Assembly (NCBI GenBank): GCA_051362555.1
Contig: CM120641.1
Span: 44,956,401-45,020,400 of the forward strand
DNA length: 64,000 nucleotides
Reading direction: 5' to 3'
Source: Lingula anatina
Lineage: Eukaryota > Animalia > Brachiopoda
In this document: piece by piece, positions 25,971-37,099 of the stretch
Layout of the letters: every line of letters begins with the position of its first letter
Position numbering within the stretch: position 1 is the first letter of the stretch
Made by a program: the position numbers and the translations under genes
The notes under the pieces: generated by a model
What the model was told of the DNA's origin: nothing
What the model saw: only the letters and a program-made list of their open reading frames with translations
The model's database searches: none

Positions 25971-27988
25971 ATCAATAGCTTTAAATGGGAATCAGCCCTT
26001 TTTTTTTCACCACCAATCCACAAATGTACTCAACTTGAAATGTCGAATGAGAAAAATATCTTTAGGTACTCAATTGAAAACTATGATCAGTCACCAGTTT
26101 CATAAAAAACTAATTAATTAATTAATTAATTAACTGAAAAAAACGCAAGTCAGTTCTCCTGCTTAGTTGACTAGGATTTCGATGAGAGCGCTGTAACACT
26201 GTTCCAGATAGGGTAAGGTGTGTGCATGTGACCATGTAACGTTGGTAACCGAGTTCTCAGTCAGGAAAGTTGACTAAAGGTTTTTTTAAAGTGAAACTGG
26301 GACCAGGATGACACGTTTGAATATTACCGTTGAGGCGGGGGCGCAGGGGAGCACAACAGACACGTGCACCCTTCCCTTTTCATTGGAGATAACCCACTCT
26401 TTCCCTGCCCTCCCGACAAATCAAAAGAAGTTTTTCGTCCTTGTGCTCTACACAGTAAATTGTGATCGTGCACTGTTTTACAATTACCAAGCGGAGTGAA
26501 GCAAAATATTTTTATTTCATTTTCCTTGCACCCCCCCCCTCCCCCCAGCAATATTCTGTATCCGCCAGTGCATACTGTATCTCCCAACGTGATCTGGAAT
26601 GCCAAATATTATTCATTTTACAGGTCGACAAATTTTTAAAGGTGGATGTTCAAATATTCACCCCTCCTATGTCTTTAAATATTGCGGTAACATTGAATGC
26701 AGACTGATAGCAGACAAGTAAACTCACTACTATTGCTTTCACTTAGGCTTCCATTTCTGCTTCACTTTTAGATTAAAAAAAAACTAATAAGATAACGAAT
26801 GGGATATGTATATAATCGAAACTCGCTGTGATTTTTTCCACAGTACATCAATTCAATTCAATTGAATTTATTTCTGTACTGGTACACATATAATCATGAC
26901 TTTATACAATATTATATAGTAACAACAGTACAATTGGTGCATTACCATTCTCTAATTGGTAATTGTGTCTTGCCATTTTGTGAATGAACAAATATATATC
27001 TTTATATAATGAACAGATGCTCTACTTAAATTACTAATAAAATTTTCAAGCTAAGCGGTAAAATATAACTTCTTGGTTTGATTATAAATTTACTATAAAT
27101 ACAAATTGCAAAGTACATGGCCACAATCATATGTTACACAATATGGAGAGATTCAAATTTACAAAGACGGGGGAAATGGCAGAGATGCCCCCCCCCCCCC
27201 CCCTCCCGAAAATTATATACAAAGTTTAATCAGGATTTTCAAAAAAAAAAATCCTAGCTTAGGAAAAAAATCTACATAATTAAAGTTGTCTTAAATCAAG
27301 TTGTGCTGGGATAAGTAAAACATTGCAGTATCCCTATCAGGACCACACTGATCTTTTTTCCAAATTTATTTACAAATATTCTTCTAGCTAATTCCGTGCA
27401 AATTTTTGTATAGAGTACATTTAAAAAAAATTATTAATTTAAGCGACGGAAATGCAATCAGTGCGCATACCATTTGTTACATACTTAAAAATCTAAATAA
27501 GGAGTCTGTCTTTGTAGGCAGGAAGATCTACCCAATAAACGACACATGCATCACTAATAGTTTGAATATGCTCAATATTTCAGAAATAATCGTTCTGTTT
27601 TAAGTACCAGTCTTAACTTTTCTTTTTAAATGGCAAAAATTATATCACTAATTTTAAACACATTGCAGTATACCCTACCAGGGTCACGTGAGTTTTTTTT
27701 TTTTTTTTTTTTCAGAATCTATTCACAAATATTTCTCAAGTTAATTCTGATCACATTTCTCTCTAGGGAGGAAAAAACACATACAGATAACCTCTGGTAG
27801 AAAGTACATTCTCACCATTTTTGGTATTACAAAAATGTAATCAGTGAGCTTTAATTTGTTTGAACTATCCAGCTACCTCCTTATCTATCTATCTATCAAC
27901 AGGAGACAGAATTTGAAGAAATGAATATCTTTAAAGTAACGACGCATCGGTAAACGATTGAATATATGCGCCATGCTTCAAACGTGCT

Positions 27989-30517
27989 TTAAACGACGAC
28001 TTTGTTTCTTCTGAGTGCCATTCTCAACTTTTTCCAAAACAGGTCTTGATCTCTTTGGTTGTCAGACCATTCTAAATAACTTTTTGACTTAAACAAATGA
28101 AACAAAGTGTCATTCATTTCACGAAATGGGATGTCCTCTAACAAAATTAGAACAAGGACGTCTTTTCCCTCTTCAAACAAGCGCATGCGCGCCATTTTCA
28201 TTTCAAAGTAGCACCAGTTGCTACGCACGAAATTTCGGCTTATAACTAAAACTGTTTTTTTGCTTTGTGAGATGGATTGGATAATGTTTTCCTCGATGTC
28301 TTCACCAGGTAGGAAGTCACGATGATGAAGACATAAACGGAGTCGGTCTTCCTCGGCTTCTGCGTCTTCTAGCATGGGTCGCAGTTGTCTGTACACCCAC
28401 TTGTAGTCTTCATTGCTGAAGGCCACAAAAGCGTCATATTGATGCCTGTCATCTCCGTTAACTTCTTCGTATTCCTTGCGTCTTATTCGTAATTTAAAAA
28501 AGAAATACTTAATTTCCCACCTGAACCTGTAATATACTGCAAAGGCGACAATGACAACGATTACCAGTGAAACAATAACTGACACGAGTGTCAAAGTAAA
28601 TTGAGAAGCGCACGTGACTTTCAAATGTCCAACGATTGCAGAAAGTTGTTTTATACTAACAATGCTTCCATTCTTTAGGGTGCATTGATAGTTATCTTGA
28701 TCGACAAAATGCACTTTTGTTATTTGCATCCAGACGAAAAATTGTTCAGTTTCACAAATGCACTGCAACGGATTTCCCTCCAAATTTACGACCACATCTA
28801 CCAATCTTTCTTGGGATTGGACGTCGTCTAATACAGATCTCATTTTTTCATTCAGAGAGTCCAGTTTATTGTAGGCGAGATCCAAGAAAGATATGTTTTT
28901 CAGGTTTAAAGTTAGTCCTTCCGAAGTAAGATAATTGTTTCTCAATACCACGGTCTCTAGTTTGGTATTACGGTCAAACAAAGCTGGGGATACCTTTTCT
29001 ATTTCATTGGAAGATAAATCCAAGTACGTCAAATTGACGAGCCACGGAAAAGGACTTGGGTATGAACCATTTGTTATAGTGTCAGAATGTCCTAGTTTAT
29101 TATTCTGCAGATGTAAAAATTGTGTTGTAGAAAGATTATATAAGAACGTCTCGCTGATTTTTGAGCAGCCGTTACCTGAGAGGTCGAGAGTTTGCATCTT
29201 TTGATACGAGTTACCTACGACTTCCCATGGTCCATTCCATTGATAGAAATTATTGTTTGATAAGTTTAGAAACTTGACAGACGTAGCATTATGAACAATA
29301 ATATGGTTGAGCGGATATTTTAATTTGCTATGATTGATGTCAAAAATTTCTAAAGTCGGGGGGAAAACACAATTAAATGTGTACTCCCCACGTGTTAATT
29401 GCTGTTTGAACTGTGCCTCAGGTTTGTATATATATGTCCAGCTCCAGTTGAGGTACTTCAGGTGTTGCAAATGGCTTAAGTCAAACGCTGGCTTGAGTGC
29501 ATTAATGAATATATTGTCAGAAAGCGAGAGAGTTTCTAAATGTTCCACGTACACGTGCGTGTTTGGTTCAAGATCCGATATGTAATTAGTGTCGAGAGTT
29601 AAATGTTTTAATGTAGTAATGTTCTGGAGATAATGAAAAACACGACTACTGTACAACATGTAAGTTAAATCTTCTGGAGACGTTGTTGCATTTAATATTA
29701 GCCGCTCTAAAGATGAATTTTGTAATCCATAAAAGGCACCTCCAAGTCTTTTCAATCCAAGATATTTGTTACCTGAAAGATCAAGAGTCTTGATCATTGG
29801 TAGAAAGCTGAAAGTTAAGTTATCGATCTTATACAGTTCACAAAACGCTAGATCCAGATGCTGTAATTGGGAATAACGTAAATTGTAAAAAACCTTTTTG
29901 CTTAACTTCTTTAGGCTACAGCGTCCGTTATCTCCAGAAAAGTCCAATAAACGCAACGTTTTAAGAGAAGCGAATCCAGGTCCCAAAACCGAGTTCTCCA
30001 TATTTAGTCCGTCCAGATATAGTTCTTTTAAACCCGTCAGGTCTTTGAAGGCTTCGTCAGGGTAGTTTTCGTTAGGTTTTGGGTAACGGTTGATGTTGTT
30101 TTTAAGGTCTAACCACTGTAATTGAGGCAGATTTTTGAAAATCCCTCGGGGAAATGACTCGTAATCCATGTGTAAGTAGTTAGAGCGTAGATTCAGCACG
30201 CGTAAATTAGGGACGTCTACAAATGCACCCAACTCCAGTAATCCTATGCGATTGTCCGACAGGTTTAGGCGACTTAGATTACGAAGATGAGCGAAATTAC
30301 CTGACATTATCCTGGTGATTCGATTGTAGGATAAATCGATATCCGTGACATTGGCTGGAATACCTGGTACGCCCTGCAGCTTACTATCCGAGCAGTTGTA
30401 GAGGACTTCAGGGCGCAGTGAGTCGTTATGGATGGTACAGTGACGATGACTGTGACAAACTCGCCACCCCAAAGAAGCAGTGATGAGAACCAGCAGAGTC
30501 AAATTTTTACACAACAT
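27989..30517 (-). CDS. Toll-like receptor copy 2 (842 aa, intact)
   Basis: Same SP-LRR-LRRCT-TM-TIR architecture as copy 1, in a single open frame. Confidence 0.95.
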   Translation of the reverse strand: MLCKNLTLLVLITASLGWRVCHSHRHCTIHNDSLRPEVLYNCSDSKLQGVPGIPANVTDIDLSYNRITRIMSGNFAHLRNLSRLNLSDNRIGLLELGAFVDVPNLRVLNLRSNYLHMDYESFPRGIFKNLPQLQWLDLKNNINRYPKPNENYPDEAFKDLTGLKELYLDGLNMENSVLGPGFASLKTLRLLDFSGDNGRCSLKKLSKKVFYNLRYSQLQHLDLAFCELYKIDNLTFSFLPMIKTLDLSGNKYLGLKRLGGAFYGLQNSSLERLILNATTSPEDLTYMLYSSRVFHYLQNITTLKHLTLDTNYISDLEPNTHVYVEHLETLSLSDNIFINALKPAFDLSHLQHLKYLNWSWTYIYKPEAQFKQQLTRGEYTFNCVFPPTLEIFDINHSKLKYPLNHIIVHNATSVKFLNLSNNNFYQWNGPWEVVGNSYQKMQTLDLSGNGCSKISETFLYNLSTTQFLHLQNNKLGHSDTITNGSYPSPFPWLVNLTYLDLSSNEIEKVSPALFDRNTKLETVVLRNNYLTSEGLTLNLKNISFLDLAYNKLDSLNEKMRSVLDDVQSQERLVDVVVNLEGNPLQCICETEQFFVWMQITKVHFVDQDNYQCTLKNGSIVSIKQLSAIVGHLKVTCASQFTLTLVSVIVSLVIVVIVAFAVYYRFRWEIKYFFFKLRIRRKEYEEVNGDDRHQYDAFVAFSNEDYKWVYRQLRPMLEDAEAEEDRLRLCLHHRDFLPGEDIEENIIQSISQSKKTVLVISRNFVRSNWCYFEMKMARMRLFEEGKDVLVLILLEDIPFREMNDTLFHLFKSKSYLEWSDNQRDQDLFWKKLRMALRRNKVVV

Positions 30518-30717
30518 GCTCAGTGTGTCGAGTTTGTCAGAAACTATTTCCTTTTGAAAAGCGATTCTCTTTTATAGCAGAGTTTAGCTAACGAATGCGT
30601 TTCCAATATTTCAAGTGTTAATAAAGGAATAAAAGAAGAGAATTTTAAGCTGACAAAGTTTAAATGTTTGAAAGTGGATAATCAATTTCAATGTCTTTCA
30701 ACACTGCTGAAAAAGAG

Positions 30718-30850
30718 ATAGGTTGACTCACTACTATCGCTGTCACTTCTGCTTCCTCTTAGATAAAAAAGAAACCACTAAGATAACCAATAAAGTACTT
30801 ACATAATCAAACTGTTTAAAAAAGGAATGATTGGGGATTTCCCCGCCATG
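30718..30850 (-). promoter_or_regulatory. TLR copy 2 upstream module: AP-1, ETS-like, GATA and NF-kB GGGGATTTCCCC (30833-30844)
   Basis: tgactca, cttcctc, agataa and a kB consensus lie 200-330 bp upstream of the ATG. Confidence 0.65.
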
Positions 30851-30984
30851 AAGCTTCACTTGACAGGAATAATAAATCCATTGTTAAAGCGTAGGGTAAA
30901 ACGCGGAAGATGTTCACCTAAAAATAATTTAGTCGCAGAACTATTAAAATATGCCCACCTTCAGTAAATAAAAATAAAAATTGA

Positions 30985-31400
30985 CAGGTTTGTGAAAACA
31001 CCCCGGGGAAATTGACTCGTAATTCTTATGTAAGTAGTTAGATCGAAGATTCAACATGCGTAGATAGGGATAGGACGTCTATAAATGCACCTAACTTCAG
31101 TAATCCTATGCGTTTGTCCGACTGGTCTAGGCGACTAAGATTACGAAGATGAGCAAAATTACCTAGCCTTATCCTCATGATTCGATTGTAGGATAAATCT
31201 ATCTCCATGACATTGGCTGGACTATCTACTGGTAGCCTACGCAGTGAGTCGTCAAGGATGTTACGATGGTGATGACAGTGACAAACTCGCCACCCCAAAG
31301 ACCCAGTGATGAAAACCAATAGAGTCAAGCAACGTGGTTTCTGCTGTAGACATGGACAAAAACTAAGCTATTACTTTTGAAAAGCAATTTTCTTTTCTAG
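30985..31400 (-). pseudogene. TLR 5' relic covering the signal peptide to about LRR4
   Basis: ORF 31038-31328 reads ...LGWRVCH...PANVMEIDLSYNRIMRIRLGNFAHLRNLSRLD..., with an LRRNT deletion, a frameshift and no ATG. Confidence 0.85.
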
Positions 31401-33886
31401 CAGCGATTTTCTCTCTTTCCAAAACCCCATACTTCCTGTTGATAATAAAACAATATTATGATGGAATCGCGCAGTTCTTTTTTTTTTCATAGCTCTCTTG
31501 AAAAAAAATATTTGAGGTTGACTAGGTTTTTAATTCAGCGCGTGCAGAATCAGTATCAATAGCTTTGAGAAGAAATCATTCAGTTTTTTTTACCACCAAT
31601 CTACAAGTTTTTTTTTTTTTTTTGTGAAACTGGGACCAGGATAACCCGTTTGAATGCAGTAAAATACAATCCCGCGGGGGCGCAGGGGACACCTTTTCAT
31701 AGGAGATAACTCCTTCTCATTCTTTCCCTGCCCCCCTCCTTCAAAGAAAAATAAATGGAAAAAAAGTAACTAGACAAATCAAAAGAAGCTTTTCATCCCT
31801 GATCTCTACATACTAGATGGTGATCGTGCACTGTTTTACAAAACCGAGCGGAGCGAGGCAAAATATCATTTACCTTGCATCCCCCCCCCCCCCCCCCCCC
31901 CCCAGCAAATCGTGAAGCTCACGGTCACAATCATATGTTACACAATTTGGAGCGATTAAGATTGACAAGGAAGGGAGAAATGGCAGAGATTCCCCCCCCC
32001 CCCCCGACAATACCCCCCCTCCCCCCGACAATATCCAAAATTTGTCTACTGTTTCGCAAAGTGAAGATTGTGACAAACAATTAATCAATTTTTAAAGAAA
32101 TCCTGGCGAAGGAGAACATTTAAACTATTTAAACAATATGTATGATGTGTTACGAAGTTACATTTTTTAAAGTTTCAAGGAAAATTATACACGAAGACCA
32201 ATAGGAATTAAATGAAGTCTTAGTACAAAAAGGAAACTAAAAAAAATACTTAACAATTGTATAGTTTAAGTTGTCTAAAAACGAGTGAAGTTGTATAGCG
32301 TTAGTTATGATATATAGAAAAAGTTTATTTTGGTTTGGTCGTAATCCCTGTAACAACTTTAATTTGCCACTGAAATACGAAGGGGATAGATAAAAAGAGA
32401 GTATCTGACGTGAAAATAACACTTAATACATCAACAAGGTAAAGATGAACTCGTATAAAGCTATTCAAAATTATTTCTTCAGCAGAAGCAATGCTTTAAC
32501 TCCAAAAATAAATCGATAACGATTCAGTGGGGTTTCCCCTGTACCGCTACTTCTTCCTTGTTTCTGAATGGGAAACTACTCTACGTCAAGTATCGAATAA
32601 CAACTCTATTGGCATTTGACAGTCTTTTTCCTTATCGTTTTTGTTTGCTTTGCAAACTAGATCAGGAATAATACCCCAGTATATAACAGGTTAAGTTCAG
32701 CGTCAAAATATTACAGACGCAAACATAAGGTATGACCCTGGCCCCAAATTAGTTTTCCCTCCATTTGGGTCTTTTTTAAATTTAATTTAATTTAATTCAA
32801 TTTTTAGAATTTTTTCATACTTGAGCCCTGTGCACTGTTTTGGAAAAGAGGGGATTCCCCCCCCACCCCCCCCCCACCCCCATTAAGACCTACTTCCAAG
32901 TTATCATTAATTCATCAGTTGGGTTAGGGAAAAAGGCAGACCACATTCACTGCTGTTTAAACAGTATGTATAACGTAAACAGTTACGAAGAAGTTATATT
33001 TTAAAAAGTATAAACGAAAATTATATACAAAGTTTAAGCAGGGTTTTCAAAAAATATCCTGGCTAAAAAAGGACATCTCAGGAAAAAAAAATCTACATAG
33101 TTAAAGTTGTCTTAAATCAAGTTGTGCTGGGATAAGTTAAACATTGCAGTATTGCATTGCAGTATCCCCTATCAAGGCCAAACTTCTTTTTTCCAAATTT
33201 ATTTACAAGTATTCTCCTAGCTAATTCCGTGCAAATTTTTGTAAACCGAGAAATTTGAAAAAAAAAAGATGCATTTCCCAGAAGACTTCTGGTATAGATT
33301 ACATTTTAAACCATCATTAATTTGAATGACGGAAATGCAATGAATGCACATACCATTTGTTACATATTTAAAAATCTAAATAAGGAGTCTGTCTCTGTAG
33401 GCAGGAAGATCTACACATGCATCAGTAAAATGTTGAATATGCTCTTATTTCAGAAATAATTTTTCTGTTTTAACCGTACGATTATTTCTTTTAAGTAACA
33501 TTCTTATCTTTTTACATGGCAAAAATGATATCACTAATATTTAGAATACATTGCAGTATATCCTATAAAGGCCACGTGAGATTTTTTTTCAAAAATTATT
33601 TGCAAATATTTCTCAAGTTAATTCTGTGCACATTTCTCCCCAAAACGGAAAAAAGACATACAGATGCCCTCTGGTAGAAAGTACATTGAATTCTTACCAT
33701 TTTTGATTGGTATTAGGAAAATGTAATCAGTGAGCTTGAATTTGTTTGATCTATCCAGCTACCTCCCTATCTATCTATCTATCTAATCTATAAACAGGAG
33801 GCAGAATTTGAAGACATGAATATCTTTCAAGTAACGACGCATCGGTAAGTGATTGAATATATACGCCATGCTACAAACGTTGTGTT

Positions 33887-36383
33887 TTAAACGACGACTT
33901 TGTTTCTTTTGAGTGCCAGTCTCAACTTTTTCCAAAACAGGTCTTGATCCCTTTGGTTGCCAGACCATTCTAAATAACTTTTTGACTTAAACAAATGAAA
34001 TAAAGTGTCATTCATTTCGCGAAATGGGATGTCCTCTAACAAAACTAGAACAAGAACATCTTTTCCCTCTTCAAACAAACGCATGCGCGCCATTTTCATT
34101 TCAATGTAACACCAGTTGCTACGCACGAAATTCCGGGTTATAACTAAAACTGTTTTTCTGCTTTGTGAGATGGATTGGATAATGTTTTCCTCGATGTCTT
34201 CACCAGGTAGGAAGTCCCGATGATGAAGACATAAACGGAGACGGTCTTCCTCAGCTTCTGCGTCTTCTAGATTGGGTCGCAGTTGTCTATACACCCACTT
34301 GTAGTCTTCCTTGCTGAAGGCCACAAAAGCGTCATATTGAAGCCTATCATCTTCGTGAACTTTTTCGTATTCCTTGCGTCTGATTCGTAATTTGTAAAAG
34401 AAATGCTTAATTTCCCACCTGAATCTGTAATATACTGCAAAGGCGACAATGGCAACGATTACGAGTGAAACAATTACTGACACGAGTGTCAAAGTAAATT
34501 GAGAAACGCACGTGACTTTCAAATGTCCAACGATTGCATCAAGTTGTTTTATACTAACGATGCTTCCATTCTTTAGGGTGCATTGATAGTCATCTTGATC
34601 GACAAAATGCACTTTTGTTGTTTGCATCCAGACAAAAAATTGCTTAGTCTCCCAAATGCACTGCAACGGATTTCCCGCCAAATTTACGACCACATCTGCC
34701 AATATTTCTCGGGATTGCACGTCTAATACAGATCTCATTTTTTCATTCAGAGAGTCCAGATTATTGTAGGCGAGATCCAAGAAAGATATGTTTTTCAGGT
34801 CTAGATTTAGTCCTTCCGTAGTAAGATAATTGTTTCTCAATACTACTGTCTTTAGTTTGGTATTATTGTTGTACAAAATTGGGGATACCTTTTCCATTTC
34901 ATTGGCAGATAAATCCACGTAAGTCAAATTGACGAGCCACCGAAAAGGACTTAGATATGAACCATTTGTTACAGTGTCAGAATGTCCGAGTTTATTATTC
35001 TGCAGATGTAAATTTTGAATTGTAGATAGATTATATAAGAACGTCTCGCTGATTTTTGAGCAGCCGTTACCTGAAAGGTCGAGAGTACGCATCTCTCGAA
35101 ACGAGCTACCTACTACTTCCCATGGTCCATTCCATTTATAGAAATTATTGTTTGATAAATTTAGAAACTTGACAGACGTAGCGTTATGAAAAATAATGTG
35201 GTTGAGCGGATATTCTAATTTGTTGTTATTTAAATCGGCTACCTCTAAATTCGGCGGTCCAACAAAATGAAACTTGAACTCTCCATGTCTTTTAAACTGT
35301 ACCTCAGGTTTAGATCTAGATGTCCAGCTCCAGTTGAGGTACTTCAGGTGTTGCAAATTACTTAAGTCATACGCTGGCTTGAGTGCGTTAAGGAATGTGT
35401 TGTCAGCAAGCGAGAGAGTTTCTAAATGTTCCACGTACACGTGCGTGTTTGGTTCAAGATCTGATATGAAATTAGTGTCGAGAGTTAAATGTTTTAATGT
35501 AGTAATGTTCTGGAGATAATGAAAAACACGACTACTGTACAGCATGTAAGTTCTATCTTCTGGAGACGTTGTTGCATTCAATATTAGCCGCTCTAATGAT
35601 GAATTTTGTAATCCATAAAAGACACCTCCAAGTCTTTTTAATCCAAGATATTTGTTACCTGAAAGATCAAGAGTCTTGATCATTGGTAGAAAGCTGAAAG
35701 TAAAGTTATCGATCTTATACAGTTCACAAAACGCTAGATCAAGATGCTCCAATTGTGAATAACGTAAATTGTAAAAAACATTTTTGCTTAACTTCTTTAG
35801 GGTACAGCGTCCGTTATCTCCAGAAAAGTCCAATAAACGCAACGTTTAAAGAGAAGCGAATCCAGGTCCCAAAACCGAATTCTCCATATTTAGTCCGTCC
35901 AGATATAGTTTTTTTAAACCTGTCAGGTCTTTGAAGGCTGCGTCAGGGTAGTTTTCTTTTGGGTAACGGTTGGTGTTGTTTTTTAGGTCTAACCATTGTA
36001 ATTGGGGAAGATTTTTAAAAACCCCTCGGGGAAATGACTCGTAATCCATGCGTAAGTAGTTAGATCGTAGATTCAGCACGCGTTAATTAGGGACATCTAC
36101 AAATGCACCCAACTCCAGCGATCCTATGCGATTGTCCGACAGGCTTAGGCGACTTAGATTACGAAGATGAGCGAAATTACCCGACCTTATCCTGGTGATG
36201 CGATTGTAGGATAAATCTATCTCCGTGACATTGGCTGGAATATCCATTGGCACGCCGTACAGCTTACTATTCGAGCAGTTGTAGAGGACTTCACGGCGCA
36301 GTGAGTCGTTATGGATGGTGACAAACTCGCCACTCCAGTGACGCAGTGATGAGAACCAGCGCAGTCAAAATTTTACAAAACAT
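33887..36383 (-). pseudogene. Toll-like receptor copy 3, disrupted at the 5' end; the 3' 651 codons remain open
   Basis: ATG at 36383. A 17-bp deletion near 36318 relative to copy 2 shifts the frame. In-frame TAA codons lie at 36083-36085 (TTA in paralogs) and 35846-35848 (AAA in paralogs). An LRRCT cysteine is changed (CIWET vs CICET). Confidence 0.9.
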
Positions 36384-36699
36384 GCTCAGTGTGTAGAGTT
36401 TGTCAGAAACTATTTCCTTTTGAAAAGTGTTTCTCTTTTATAGCAGCGTTTTCTAACCTATGCGTTTCCAAAATTCCACAATTCCTGGTATTAATAAAGG
36501 AATAATACAAAAGAATTTTCCTTCATAGGATGCTTGAAAAGAGGAATTATCCGGCTCTTTTGTTACACTACCACCATTATGTATCTTCTTACCTGATTTC
36601 GAATTCCAATATCCAATAATACTCATTTTTCAAGTTAATAAAGTTTAAATATTTATAAAAGTGGATAGTCAATTACTATGTCTTTTAACACTGCTAAAA

Positions 36700-36820
36700 A
36701 CACTACTTAACTATCGCTGTCACTTCTGCTTCCTCTTAGATAAAACAGAAACCACTAAGATAACCAATAAAATAATAATCAAGTTCATAAAAAAAGGAAG
36801 GTGTGGGAATTTCCCCGCTA
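36700..36820 (-). promoter_or_regulatory. TLR copy 3 upstream module with NF-kB GGGAATTTCCCC (36805-36816)
   Basis: Paralog of the 30718-30850 block. The AP-1 site has decayed. Confidence 0.6.
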
Positions 36821-36969
36821 TTTAGCTTCACTAGACAGGAATAATTTTAAATATAATCCATTGCTTTAGCTTTACTTAGGGTAAAACGCGGAATATATTC
36901 ACCGAAGAAATAAGTTAGTTCAGAATTTTTAAAATACGCCAACCTTCAGAAGATAAATATACAAATATA

Positions 36970-37099
36970 CAGGTATTAAAAAATTATCGGGGAAATGACT
37001 CGTAATTCATGCGCAAGTAGTTTGATCGTAAATCCAACACGCGTAAATTAAGGACGTATACAAATGCATTTAAATTCAGTAAATTCGATTGTCCGACAG
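36970..37099 (-). pseudogene. short degenerate TLR LRR3-4 relic
   Basis: cggggaaatgactcgtaattcatgcgcaagtagtttgatcgtaaatccaacacgcgtaaattaaggacgt aligns with the ...NLRVLNLRSNYLHMDYESFPRG coding region. Confidence 0.75.
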
